IMG/VR virus record: IMGVR_UViG_3300036771_000090
Location: 13,805 to 77,804 of that record
Direction: 5' to 3' (one strand)
Source: a virus
Length of the DNA: 64,000 bases
Positions 37,371 to 45,353 of the stretch are shown here, piece after piece. Positions within the stretch are counted from its first letter, which is position 1, and each line of letters begins with the position of its first letter. A program made the position numbers and the translations under genes. The notes under the pieces were generated by a model, which was not told the origin of the DNA, ran no database searches, and saw only the letters and a list, made by a program, of their open reading frames with translations.

Positions 37371-37446
37371 TGGTGCGCCCGACAGGATTCGAACCTGTGA
37401 CCTGCTGGGTTTCACTCAGCCGCTCTTCCAACTGGGCTACGGGCGC
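37371..37446 (-). tRNA. tRNA-Phe(GAA), atypical anticodon arm
   Basis: Full cloverleaf with encoded CCA; loop GT-GAA-AC; A31-C39 mismatch. Confidence 0.82.
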
Positions 37447-37524
37447 CCTATTCAGTTTTGTCCGATCGGCCTAAGTAAATCAGCCTCCGGTTCTGCCCGG
37501 AAGCAGGGGTACGTCACGGAACGG

Positions 37525-37845
37525 TCACGCCTGGCGGGTGATGGCCCAGCGGCTGTGATCGAGCGCGACCATCCGTACCTCCCGGCCGGTGACGACATCC
37601 TGGCAGGTGAGGTTCCAGACGTCGTACGGCTTTCCGTCGCGGATCGCGGTCCCGGCGGTACGGTCCTGGACGGACAGGCGCCGCTTGCACTCCACGTCCT
37701 TCTGGCCAGCGCGGCGCGTCTCCATGTAGACCTGGACGAAGACGTCCCCGGCGCGGAGCTGGCGCGTGTAGACCACCATCAGCACTTCCGGCGCGGTCTC
37801 CCCGGTCTCCACGGCAGCCTCTCCGATCGTGGCGGTGTCGGTCAT
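37525..37845 (-). CDS. Hypothetical SH3-like protein
   Basis: TRQLRAGDVF; purine-rich start motif. Confidence 0.65.
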   Translation of the reverse strand: MTDTATIGEAAVETGETAPEVLMVVYTRQLRAGDVFVQVYMETRRAGQKDVECKRRLSVQDRTAGTAIRDGKPYDVWNLTCQDVVTGREVRMVALDHSRWAITRQA

Positions 37846-38198
37846 GGTCCCTCTTCCTTGTTCCTGTCAGAACGGCGCTGCTCCAGGCGGCGCGCGTTGT
37901 GTGCCTTCAGGCACTTGGGGTCGGTCTGCTCCAGGCGGCGCCGGTGGCGCTGGTACGCCCGGTCGGTACCGCAGTCCGGGTACCGGCCCAGGATGCCGTC
38001 CAGGATGGCGATCCGCACGGCATCCGTCATATTCCGGGCACCCAGTTTGCGGATGACGCTGGCGCCCTGGTTCTTCACGGTCTGGACGTGGACCCCGCGC
38101 CGGGTGGCAACGGAGCCGTACGTCAGACCGTTGGCCAGGAGGAACAGAACCTGGGTCTCAGCGGCCGTGAGCAGGACTCCGGTCCTGGGGCGCCCCAT
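37842..38198 (-). CDS. LuxR-type HTH protein with Cys/His tail
   Basis: LTAAETQVL.LLANG...TVKN...KLGARN; CGT..AYQRH. Confidence 0.8.
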   Translation of the reverse strand: MGRPRTGVLLTAAETQVLFLLANGLTYGSVATRRGVHVQTVKNQGASVIRKLGARNMTDAVRIAILDGILGRYPDCGTDRAYQRHRRRLEQTDPKCLKAHNARRLEQRRSDRNKEEGP

Positions 38199-38515
38199 CA
38201 GAGCCGGAAGCGGCTACAGCGGGCGCACAGCGGCTCCCGGCGGCTGATGTGCCGCAGCCGTGCTTCGTCTGTGCCGCAGTCCCGGTACTGGCCGATGATC
38301 CCGCGCGACATGGCCACGTGGACGGCCTGGGCCATGTTGTGGACCTCCAGCCGGGCCCGGATGCGGCGGCCCGACTGCTCCGCCGCGTTCCGGGTGATCC
38401 CGGCGCCGTGCGCCACGGCCGGCCAGACCTTCCCCTGGGAGATGAGCCAGAGACAGATCCATTCCTGCCGGGTCAGCGGCGTGCCGGGCTTGGTCGGCCA
38501 GTGCCTGGTGGGCAT
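38198..38515 (-). CDS. LuxR-type HTH protein (tandem paralog)
   Basis: LTRQE...RLEVHNMAQAV; CGT...RH...CARC. Confidence 0.75.
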   Translation of the reverse strand: MPTRHWPTKPGTPLTRQEWICLWLISQGKVWPAVAHGAGITRNAAEQSGRRIRARLEVHNMAQAVHVAMSRGIIGQYRDCGTDEARLRHISRREPLCARCSRFRL

Positions 38516-38537
38516 GGCTTCCTCCTTCCTGTTCCAG

Positions 38538-38582
38538 CACCCCCGGCAGGATTCGAACCTGCGGTGTCCGCCGTACGGGGGT
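38538..38582 (-). ncRNA. Armless tRNA-like minihelix (acceptor stem + T-arm only)
   Basis: ACCCCCG-TA-CGGCGGACACC-GCAGG TTCGAAT CCTGC-CGGGGGT-G. Confidence 0.6.
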
Positions 38583-38616
38583 CCCCGGGATCACGGCTCC
38601 CGGCTGCCGTCGTGCG

Positions 38617-39063
38617 TCAGTCCTCCACGACCACCGGAAGCGGGGCCGGCCTGTCGTCGCTCTTGCGGTACCAGGCCAGACCCCCGTCTTCCGGCCGCTT
38701 CTCGAAGGGGTCCATGTCGTCCGCGATGACCAGGGCGTTCCGGTGGACACCGGGCATCCGGGAGAGGAGATACCGCACCCGCAGTGCCTCCGCCTGGGCA
38801 TGGACGATCAGGTCCGGGGCCCACTCGATGAACCGGGCCAGGATCTCCAGCTCCGATTCGTCCCCGTCCCAGGCGGCCGAATCATGCTGCTCCCCGACCG
38901 TGTCGGCCAGAAGGTCGTTGACCTTGTCGGCCAGCTCCCGGTACGCGGCGTCGTCGCTGGCGGCCAGGATCTCTCCGGCGACGTCCGCCATGATCCGTTC
39001 GGCCTCCGCCTTGCTGCGGCGGGTGTTGGTGATCAGGGCCGTGACCAGTCCGCGCTGGGTCAT
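38617..39063 (-). CDS. Hypothetical protein
   Basis: MTQRGLVTALIT... Confidence 0.6.
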   Translation of the reverse strand: MTQRGLVTALITNTRRSKAEAERIMADVAGEILAASDDAAYRELADKVNDLLADTVGEQHDSAAWDGDESELEILARFIEWAPDLIVHAQAEALRVRYLLSRMPGVHRNALVIADDMDPFEKRPEDGGLAWYRKSDDRPAPLPVVVED

Positions 39064-39348
39064 CGCGTCACCGCCAGACCGGTAATGAAGATCATCACTG
39101 GTTCCTCTCTTCCCTGGTTCGGAGCTGGGTGCCTGACAGGGGGTCACGTACGGGACGCGCCCCCGACCGGCGGACAGTTCACGATGCAGTCGGTCCCCGG
39201 AACCTGCGGGTGGACACCGTCCGGGCGGTACCCGGCGGACGGCGGTCGGGCCCGGGAAGGTTGTCCCCGGGACGCTTGGAGTACGGGCCTTCGTTGCCCA
39301 CCGGGACCTCATGTCCCCGGGCGGTGGGCCGCTGCCACCAGCGCGACA

Positions 39349-39555
39349 TCAGTTCAGCCGGGCCATGACGCGCTGGTCCTCCAGGGACCAGTTGGACAGG
39401 GTGGCCAGCGGTTCTCCCAGGGAGCACAGGTCTTCGATCTCCTGGGTGCCGCCGCTGGCCGCGTCCATCACGGTGAAGCACTGGCCGCACTCCGTCATGT
39501 GGCCGGCCCAGTTCCGGTACGCCTCCGCGTACGGCAGGGTGGGCACCAGGTTCAT
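39349..39555 (-). CDS. Small Cys/His protein (true start possibly 39580, offset by a G7 tract)
   Basis: WAGHMTECGQC...LCSLG. Confidence 0.55.
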   Translation of the reverse strand: MNLVPTLPYAEAYRNWAGHMTECGQCFTVMDAASGGTQEIEDLCSLGEPLATLSNWSLEDQRVMARLN

Positions 39556-39609
39556 CGGGGGGGATGTGCAGACCGGACATAGGGTTCCTTCTTCCTGGTG
39601 GTGCGGGGA

Positions 39610-40002
39610 TCAGAGCAGGTTCCCCCACTTGTCGGTCGGGGGCACCATCACCGGAACCTGGCGCGGACCGTCCGCCAGGAAGCCGCACTGCGCGTCGGCG
39701 GTCACTTCCGCCAGGAACTCCGCCACCCGGGCAACCGGGATCTTGCTGGACGACGGAGCCACCCAGGGCGCGTTCTGCCGTTCGGCCCAGTACACCGGGC
39801 GCTCCGTGGCCGCGATGTTCAGGAACCGGTACCGCGGATACACCTTGCCCGGCCACCAGTCGGACGGGGTGTTCTCCGGGGTGAGAGCTATCAGGGTGAA
39901 CGGCGGGCGGAACCGGCCGCGTCCCGTCTGGCTCCAGCCGGCATCCTTCAGCGCACGGACGACGTCCTGGAGCTTCTCCCGCGGTGTCTGCCTGGGTGCC
40001 AT
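39610..40002 (-). CDS. Hypothetical protein (cassette 1)
   Basis: Preceded by the repeated promoter/leader. Confidence 0.7.
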   Translation of the reverse strand: MAPRQTPREKLQDVVRALKDAGWSQTGRGRFRPPFTLIALTPENTPSDWWPGKVYPRYRFLNIAATERPVYWAERQNAPWVAPSSSKIPVARVAEFLAEVTADAQCGFLADGPRQVPVMVPPTDKWGNLL

Positions 40003-40110
40003 CGGTTCCTCTTCCTGGATTCCTGTTCTGCTGCTGGTTCTATCCTCTCGCAGGTCAGGATGTATGTCAAGTTATGTCCAACGCTTTGACCTGCGAGAAT
40101 GAAGATTCTT
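40003..40110 (-). promoter_or_regulatory. Repeated promoter/leader copy 1
   Basis: TTGACA (40070-40065)-17-GAGGAT; CAGCAGAACAGGAATCCAGGAAGAGG leader. Confidence 0.75.
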
Positions 40111-40114
40111 TACG

Positions 40115-40840
40115 CTACTTCTCCCCGCGGAGGTTCCGGCGGATCTCCGCCTGGCGTTCGTCGGATACCGATCCGGTGACCCCGCCCGGCGTCATGCCCA
40201 GCCCGGTACCGGTGGCCATGAAGCTGCCGGAGCTGGAGTACCCGCGGGGGTCTCCTCCGTTCCGTACGCGCTCCTGGTGCTCCGCCCGGCACTGCTCCAC
40301 CCAGGCTGCCTCCTCCACGCGGACATGGCCGCCGGACCCCAGCGCGTCCAGGAGGATGCGGGAGGCGATACGGAACAGCCGGCCGCGCGGACCCCCGTCC
40401 GCACTGCCGCTGGAAGCGGCGTACATCCGCTCCCGGCACAGGGAGCAGTGACAGCCGTCGGTCTGCTCCGCGTACGGCGCGAAGTCCTCCCGGCCGGGCG
40501 CCGGGGAGTCCCAGATCAGGTACCGGATGTCGCGCCGGACCATGACGTGGTGGCCGTCCCAGACGCGCATGGCCTCCGGTGTGCCCAGGTACCGGATCTG
40601 CCCGAAACTGGACAGCGTCCGGTCTTCGAAGCGCACCGCCCGGGACACCTGGCGGCGCGTCACCGGAGCGGCGAACCCCTCCGTCTCCCGGACGCTGCCG
40701 GACATGGCCACGAACCAGCCGGCCCCGTGGTTCGGCTCCATGAAGATCGAACCGATCTCCAGATCGGGGAACAGCGTCATGTTCCACTGGTCCCGGGCGA
40801 AGCCTTCCACCGGGACCAGGATGTGGTCCGGGGTCGTCAT
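40115..40840 (-). CDS. Hypothetical protein
   Basis: Coupled to the WYL gene; CHCSLC. Confidence 0.6.
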   Translation of the reverse strand: MTTPDHILVPVEGFARDQWNMTLFPDLEIGSIFMEPNHGAGWFVAMSGSVRETEGFAAPVTRRQVSRAVRFEDRTLSSFGQIRYLGTPEAMRVWDGHHVMVRRDIRYLIWDSPAPGREDFAPYAEQTDGCHCSLCRERMYAASSGSADGGPRGRLFRIASRILLDALGSGGHVRVEEAAWVEQCRAEHQERVRNGGDPRGYSSSGSFMATGTGLGMTPGGVTGSVSDERQAEIRRNLRGEK

Positions 40841-41295
40841 CGCGCACCGGCCCACAGGGGCGCCTGGTGCAGCGGGCGGACAGCGGCCACGCGGACCGGA
40901 CGCGGCCAGGAGCCGTGCGCCACGGTGAGCGGGGTCGGGCGGTCCGCCTTCGCCAGCTCCGCGGCACGCCGGGTCTCCGCCGCGGTGGGGACGTTGGAAC
41001 GGGGCTTCGACGCCGGCACCGGGTAGCGGTGACGGGACTTGCTGCCGTGCACGGTGTAGGACACGATCCGGTCCAGCCGGAAGGTACGCGGCTCCGCGGT
41101 CGGGCGGTCGGCCGTCGGCCGGTCCATCGCACGGAAGTAACGGTCCCCGTCCTGGTTCTTCGTGATCATCCAGGGCTCCACCACCCGGCGCGTCACGGAC
41201 CCGTTGGCACGGGTGTAGATGATGGTCACGGGGCGCCGGAGCTTCATGGCCCGGACGATGTTCCGGAAGAGCTTGTCCTGGTCGGTGGCCTGCAT
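40837..41295 (-). CDS. Stand-alone WYL-domain protein
   Basis: PVTIIYTRANGSVTRRVVEP...YFRAMDR...RTFRLDRI. Confidence 0.85.
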   Translation of the reverse strand: MQATDQDKLFRNIVRAMKLRRPVTIIYTRANGSVTRRVVEPWMITKNQDGDRYFRAMDRPTADRPTAEPRTFRLDRIVSYTVHGSKSRHRYPVPASKPRSNVPTAAETRRAAELAKADRPTPLTVAHGSWPRPVRVAAVRPLHQAPLWAGAR

Positions 41296-41377
41296 CGGGT
41301 CCTTCTTTCCTGGTTCCTGTGCTGCTGTGGTTCCATCATCCCGCGTGTACTGATCTATGTCAAGTGATGACACAGAT
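41296..41377 (-). promoter_or_regulatory. Repeated promoter/leader copy 2
   Basis: TTGACA (41363-41358)-17-GATGAT. Confidence 0.75.
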
Positions 41378-41385
41378 CGAATGAG

Positions 41386-41468
41386 ACAGGGCGACAGGAA
41401 TCGAACCTGACACCGGCTCCCACTCCTCCCCGCAGGGAGAAGGCTGGTCACCCTCCCACGATGCCCTG
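41386..41468 (-). pseudogene. Degenerate tRNA-like element
   Basis: CAGGGC/GCCCTG acceptor-like stem and CAGG TTCGATT CCTG T-arm; no proper D or anticodon arm. Confidence 0.4.
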
Positions 41469-41515
41469 ACCCAGGATGCCTCCCGGGCTTCCAGCTCCAG
41501 CGCGTCCGCCGTGCG

Positions 41516-41586
41516 TACTCCCGACCGGTCATGATCCGGTACCTCCAGCTTGAGAGGCTGGTGGGCATCCTTTACCCCACGGGAGC
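41516..41586 (-). tRNA. tRNA-Glu(CTC) with non-canonical T-loop
   Basis: GCTCCCG TG GGGT AAAGGAT GCCC A CCAGC CT-CTC-AA GCTGG AGGT ACCGG ATCATGA CCGGT CGGGAGT A. Confidence 0.78.
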
Positions 41587-41625
41587 GGGTTGGACGGGAT
41601 TACGGCTCCCGCCGGGCCGTCGTAC

Positions 41626-41832
41626 TCAGACGCTCTTCGTGGACGCGCGGCGCTCCGCGGTCTCCGCGATCTGCCGGGCCAGCGGACTGCCGGAGACGAT
41701 CCCCACCAGGCCGGTGAACATCCCGGTGCCGGGGTCCGTGGTGACCTGGAGACCGGCGCCGGAGGCGAAGGTCCGTGCGGCGAAGGCCGCGTACTGGTCC
41801 AGCGTGCTCTCCTGGTACGGGAATACCGCCAT
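41626..41832 (-). CDS. Small hypothetical protein (cassette 3)
   Basis: MAVFPYQESTL after the repeated leader. Confidence 0.65.
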   Translation of the reverse strand: MAVFPYQESTLDQYAAFAARTFASGAGLQVTTDPGTGMFTGLVGIVSGSPLARQIAETAERRASTKSV

Positions 41833-41952
41833 GCTGTCCTCTTCCTGGGTTCCTGTGCTGCTGTGGGTTCTATCGTCCCGCATCCAGTCGTCTATGTCAA
41901 ACTATGTTCATCGCTCTGACCTGCGGTGGAGAAACCCGTTCATGATTCTTTG
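41833..41952 (-). promoter_or_regulatory. Repeated promoter/leader copy 3
   Basis: TTGACA (41900-41895)-17-GACGAT; upstream TGACCTGCG...TTCATGATTCTTT. Confidence 0.75.
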
Positions 41953-42155
41953 GCGAAATGGACTTCCACCGGGCGCGCGTCGTTGAGCGCGGTGGCGATG
42001 GCCTGGGCCACGGAGATGTCCGTGTACCGGGCCACGATGTCCTCCACGGTGCGCGCCGGAACACCCGGCCGGCGGATGACGGACCTGCGGACCACCACAG
42101 CGTCCTTCAGACGCTGGCGCGTCTCGTACTTCACGGTCATCTTGTGTGCGGGCAT
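41940..42155 (-). CDS. Hypothetical protein
   Basis: CAGGAATCCAGGAAGG start motif. Confidence 0.55.
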   Translation of the reverse strand: MPAHKMTVKYETRQRLKDAVVVRRSVIRRPGVPARTVEDIVARYTDISVAQAIATALNDARPVEVHFAKES

Positions 42156-42197
42156 GTGGGGGCTGCCCTTCCCTTCCTGGATTCCTGGTACAGACGT

Positions 42198-42234
42198 CAG
42201 CCCCCGGCGGCCGGGAGACGGCCGCCGGGGGCTG
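42198..42234 (-). terminator. GC hairpin terminator
   Basis: CAGCCCCCGGCGGCCG-GGAGA-CGGCCGCCGGGGGCTG. Confidence 0.6.
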
Positions 42235-42245
42235 CTGGGCTGCTC

Positions 42246-42410
42246 TCAGCCCTGTTGTCCGGTGCTGATGTACTCCGCCGCGATGGACAGGTTCTCCTCC
42301 ACGAAGCGCGTGTGCTGCTCCGGACGGCATTCGGTCCGGTCGCATTCAATCGCCTCACGGATCACTTCCGCAACGAACTTGCCCGTGTCGGCCACGGTGG
42401 TCCTGATCAC
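42246..42410 (-). CDS. Small hypothetical protein
   Basis: GTG start overlapping the upstream stop; IECDRTEC. Confidence 0.45.
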   Translation of the reverse strand: MIRTTVADTGKFVAEVIREAIECDRTECRPEQHTRFVEENLSIAAEYISTGQQG

Positions 42411-42607
42411 ATCGTCCTCCTGTCCGGCAGACTGCTCACGAAGGCGGCTTTCGTCCGCCACGCGGCCCCGCACTGTGTGCAGCGGACCAGGGAGTACGGG
42501 GACCAGGTCCGCCGGTTTCCGCTGAAGGCGCTGTAATGCGCGTTCCTGATCACGACCACCCAGAAGTCCCGGTGGCCGCGGTCCCGGCACGCCAGTCCGT
42601 CGCTCAC
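42407..42607 (-). CDS. Small Zn-binding phage protein
   Basis: RNAHYSAFSG...SPYS.VRC..CGAAWRTKA. Confidence 0.7.
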   Translation of the reverse strand: MSDGLACRDRGHRDFWVVVIRNAHYSAFSGNRRTWSPYSLVRCTQCGAAWRTKAAFVSSLPDRRTM

Positions 42608-42963
42608 CGCCGGGCCGTCCGTTCCGTCCGGCAGCCGCACCCGGTCTGGGAGCAGGTGTCCATCTCTTCGGTGTCGGGCCCGTGATCCGGGTGGCCGCAG
42701 AACCGGCAGGTCTCCAGCCGGTCGTACACCCGGTCAGCCATGATCATGTCCAGCACGGCTTTCCAGGCGTCCGCCTCCTTCTGCCACTGCCGGGTCAGCC
42801 GGCCCAGCGCGGCAGCGCGGGCTTCGGTGGGAACCGCGGCGCTCCACCGGAACCGGTACGCCTCCGTCTTCCTGACCGCCTCCGCGTAGGAGAACCGGAT
42901 CTGGGCCTCCACGTTCGCGGTGACCCGGGGGCCGGCGGCCGGACGGCTGTGCGGGGTGGTCAT
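42604..42963 (-). CDS. Hypothetical protein with C-terminal Cys/His motif
   Basis: CRFCGH..H...CSQTGCGC. Confidence 0.6.
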   Translation of the reverse strand: MTTPHSRPAAGPRVTANVEAQIRFSYAEAVRKTEAYRFRWSAAVPTEARAAALGRLTRQWQKEADAWKAVLDMIMADRVYDRLETCRFCGHPDHGPDTEEMDTCSQTGCGCRTERTARR

Positions 42964-43928
42964 GAGACAGCCTCCAGGCCGCAGGAACCAGCAGTGATCC
43001 CGGTAGCTGCGGTGATGAGCGACCGGGCGAACAGGGGGGGTACGACATTGCCGGCAAGGGTGTACCGCTGTCCCGCGTTGCCATGGATGACCAGATCCCG
43101 CCTGAGTCCGTTAAGAGCGGCGGCTTCGGCGACGGTAGGGCGCAAGTGCGGGAGACTGCGCTCTTTCCACCGGTCGGTTCCCATCGCTTTGCGCATGGCC
43201 TGGCGGGACCCGTTGCCGAATGGCTCCGCGCCGCCGGTACTTGTTCCGCCGCTGGTAACGGTGGGTGCGGGGCGCTGGGTGTAGCCCCAGCCGATGATGT
43301 CGGCCATGGCGACCAGCGGGGGCTGGCCGGTCCCGCCGTGGGTGGGTTCGGGCAGGATGACCCCGTGCATCCGGGATGCCAGGAGAACGGCGCGGGGCCG
43401 GTGCGATCCGAGTCCGAACCGGGCCGCGTCAAGAACTCCGGTGGTCACGGAGTAACCGTGGTTCCGGAGGATGCCGGCGTAGTGCTCCCACACGGAAAGC
43501 ACGCTGGGCACCTGTTCCATGGCGATCCACTCGGGTTCGAGATCATGTATCCACCGCATGGGTTCAGCGGTGAGAATGCTCCGGGAGTCAAGGCACCGGG
43601 CCCCGTGCTGTGCACGGGTGTCGTGGCCGCTGGCCAGGTCGTCAATCGCTGAGCAGATGTGCGGAAGGTCGTGGCGGCCTTTCCCGCTGCCCATCCTGGA
43701 GAACGGGGGGCACGGCGGGGACCAGATACCGCCCCAGGTACGGCCACGGAACGGCGCGGTGGGGTACTGGCTCACGTCACAGCGGATGGTCGGATGCCCG
43801 GCGCCGGCCCGGGTGCGGCAAGCGCTCTCACTGAGTTCCAGCCCGGTATCAGACAGGCCAAGCCCGCGGAGGGCTTCGGACCAGCCGATGCCCGCGAAGC
43901 CGTGGACGATACGGCCGGCGGCCGTCAC
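42960..43928 (-). CDS. C5 DNA cytosine methyltransferase
   Basis: FAGIG (I), SPPCPPFS (IV), EQV (VI), HRPR (VIII), AGNVV (X); GTG at 43928 coupled to the upstream stop. Confidence 0.88.
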   Translation of the reverse strand: MTAAGRIVHGFAGIGWSEALRGLGLSDTGLELSESACRTRAGAGHPTIRCDVSQYPTAPFRGRTWGGIWSPPCPPFSRMGSGKGRHDLPHICSAIDDLASGHDTRAQHGARCLDSRSILTAEPMRWIHDLEPEWIAMEQVPSVLSVWEHYAGILRNHGYSVTTGVLDAARFGLGSHRPRAVLLASRMHGVILPEPTHGGTGQPPLVAMADIIGWGYTQRPAPTVTSGGTSTGGAEPFGNGSRQAMRKAMGTDRWKERSLPHLRPTVAEAAALNGLRRDLVIHGNAGQRYTLAGNVVPPLFARSLITAATGITAGSCGLEAVS

Positions 43929-45085
43929 CGGCCCGGCTCCGCCCACTGGGCACCGATACCGGCCAGCCAGGCGGTGACCAGCTCCTCCGCCATCCGCTGC
44001 GCGGTCAGTGCGTCGTTGTGGCCTCTCAGGTGTTCCGGGACGTAGACCGGGAGAACAGTGCTCACCACGTAGTTCGGATCGGTCCGCCGGGACTTCCAGC
44101 TCAGGGAGACCAGTTCGACACCGTTGGAGCGGCCCCGGTACCCGGACCCTTCGGTCCTCCTCCAGACGATCGGGGTCCCCGGGTACGCCTCCTCCAGCGC
44201 GTCGGCCAGGAACTGGCGGCGCCCCAGACGCTGCTCCTCCACGGTCCGGATCACGCGGATCTTCACCGCGTCGCGGTACACGGCGGAGTACGACGTTCCG
44301 GGCCGCCCGTCGCCCGGAAGCCGGTAGCTGACCGAGTCGTCCGTGATCTGCTCGATCCAGCCGGTGGCCTTCGAGCCGGACAGTTTCCAGGACAGCTCCA
44401 CTTCGTCCCCCTCCTGGACAGCCTGGGCCGCCCGGGGCGCCGGGTTGCTCTCGCTGCACCGGGTGTGGCCCAGGTCGTAGCAGTCGTGGAAGGGGAGCCG
44501 GTCCGCGTCCGTCTTGAAGTCCGCGATGAAGGCCGTACCGTCCGCCAGCGTTCCGGCCAGGTCGGGCTGGTACTCCGTCAGCGGGTACGTCCAGGAGGCG
44601 CTGAAGACGTCTCCGCAGATCTTCACCACGTCGTCCCCGGTCTTCCAGGCGTGACCGGGCTGGACCTTCCAGACCTCCGGGGCACCGTTCACCTGGACGG
44701 TGATCTTGTTGGCTCCCCGGACACCGGTGACGCTGCCGCGCGGAGTGGACGGGGTGGTCCCGAAGAAGTGCTGCGACAACAGATACGCCTCCGCCGTGGC
44801 GGAGATCTCTTCGTGGCTGGCCGCCAGGCGCTCCACTTCCTCCAGCGCCTCCGCCGGGGTCAGCCGGCCAACGGCGTCCGCCGGACGCTCGGTGCCGGCC
44901 GCAGCCCAGCCGGCCGCGGTGAGGTAGTGGCCCATCTCGCCGTCGTGCCGGCCGTACTCCACCAGCCCGCGGTCCATCAGCGCCACCCTGGTTCCGGTCC
45001 TTCCGGAGTTCAGGTACTGCCATCCGCGGTTCCGCGCGAACGCGTCCAGCATGTTCATCATCACGGGGGAGAGCTTCCTGGCCAT
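43925..45085 (-). CDS. Paralog A: shared wHTH-like N-module + variable domains
   Basis: LSPVM...ALMDRGL...LTAAGW...RPADAVGRLTPAEAL. Confidence 0.75.
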   Translation of the reverse strand: MARKLSPVMMNMLDAFARNRGWQYLNSGRTGTRVALMDRGLVEYGRHDGEMGHYLTAAGWAAAGTERPADAVGRLTPAEALEEVERLAASHEEISATAEAYLLSQHFFGTTPSTPRGSVTGVRGANKITVQVNGAPEVWKVQPGHAWKTGDDVVKICGDVFSASWTYPLTEYQPDLAGTLADGTAFIADFKTDADRLPFHDCYDLGHTRCSESNPAPRAAQAVQEGDEVELSWKLSGSKATGWIEQITDDSVSYRLPGDGRPGTSYSAVYRDAVKIRVIRTVEEQRLGRRQFLADALEEAYPGTPIVWRRTEGSGYRGRSNGVELVSLSWKSRRTDPNYVVSTVLPVYVPEHLRGHNDALTAQRMAEELVTAWLAGIGAQWAEPGR

Positions 45086-45199
45086 CAGTTCCTTCTTCCT
45101 GTTCCGCCGGTGGTGGGGACCGGCCGCCGTGCGACCCCGGTACGTGGTGTCCCCGGTCGATGCTCCCGGCATCTCGTTGGCGTCCGGTCCCCGTCCCGG

Positions 45200-45300
45200 T
45201 CTCCCGGGCACAGCTCTATCTTCCCGTACTCCAGTGTCTATGTCAAATGATGTCCAACGCTGTGAGCTGCGACAATGAAACCAGTTCATGATTCTTTGAC
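45200..45300 (-). promoter_or_regulatory. Repeated promoter copy 4
   Basis: TTGACA (45246-45241)-17-GAAGAT. Confidence 0.75.
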
Positions 45301-45306
45301 ACAGGG

Positions 45307-45335
45307 AAGCCCCCGGACGGCTGTCCGGGGGCTTC
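45307..45335 (-). terminator. Cassette terminator
   Basis: GAAGCCCCCGGAC-GGCT-GTCCGGGGGCTTC. Confidence 0.7.
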
Positions 45336-45353
45336 AGGGGCGGTACGGCTGGG

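Noticed and set aside
36891-38582. tRNA or tRNA fragment as attL/attR
   Set aside because: No integrase, phage-type genes on both sides, and no exact duplicated 3' end
39110-39345. Hammerhead or HDV-like ribozyme
   Set aside because: The catalytic core consensus could not be matched by eye
41470-41572. Single large ncRNA closed by AGGATGCC/GGCATCCT
   Set aside because: Better explained by the tRNA-Glu cloverleaf at 41516-41586
42960-45023. 687-aa methyltransferase fusion from the ORF track
   Set aside because: The N-terminal half is an off-frame overlap of paralog A; MTase motif I begins right after GTG 43928
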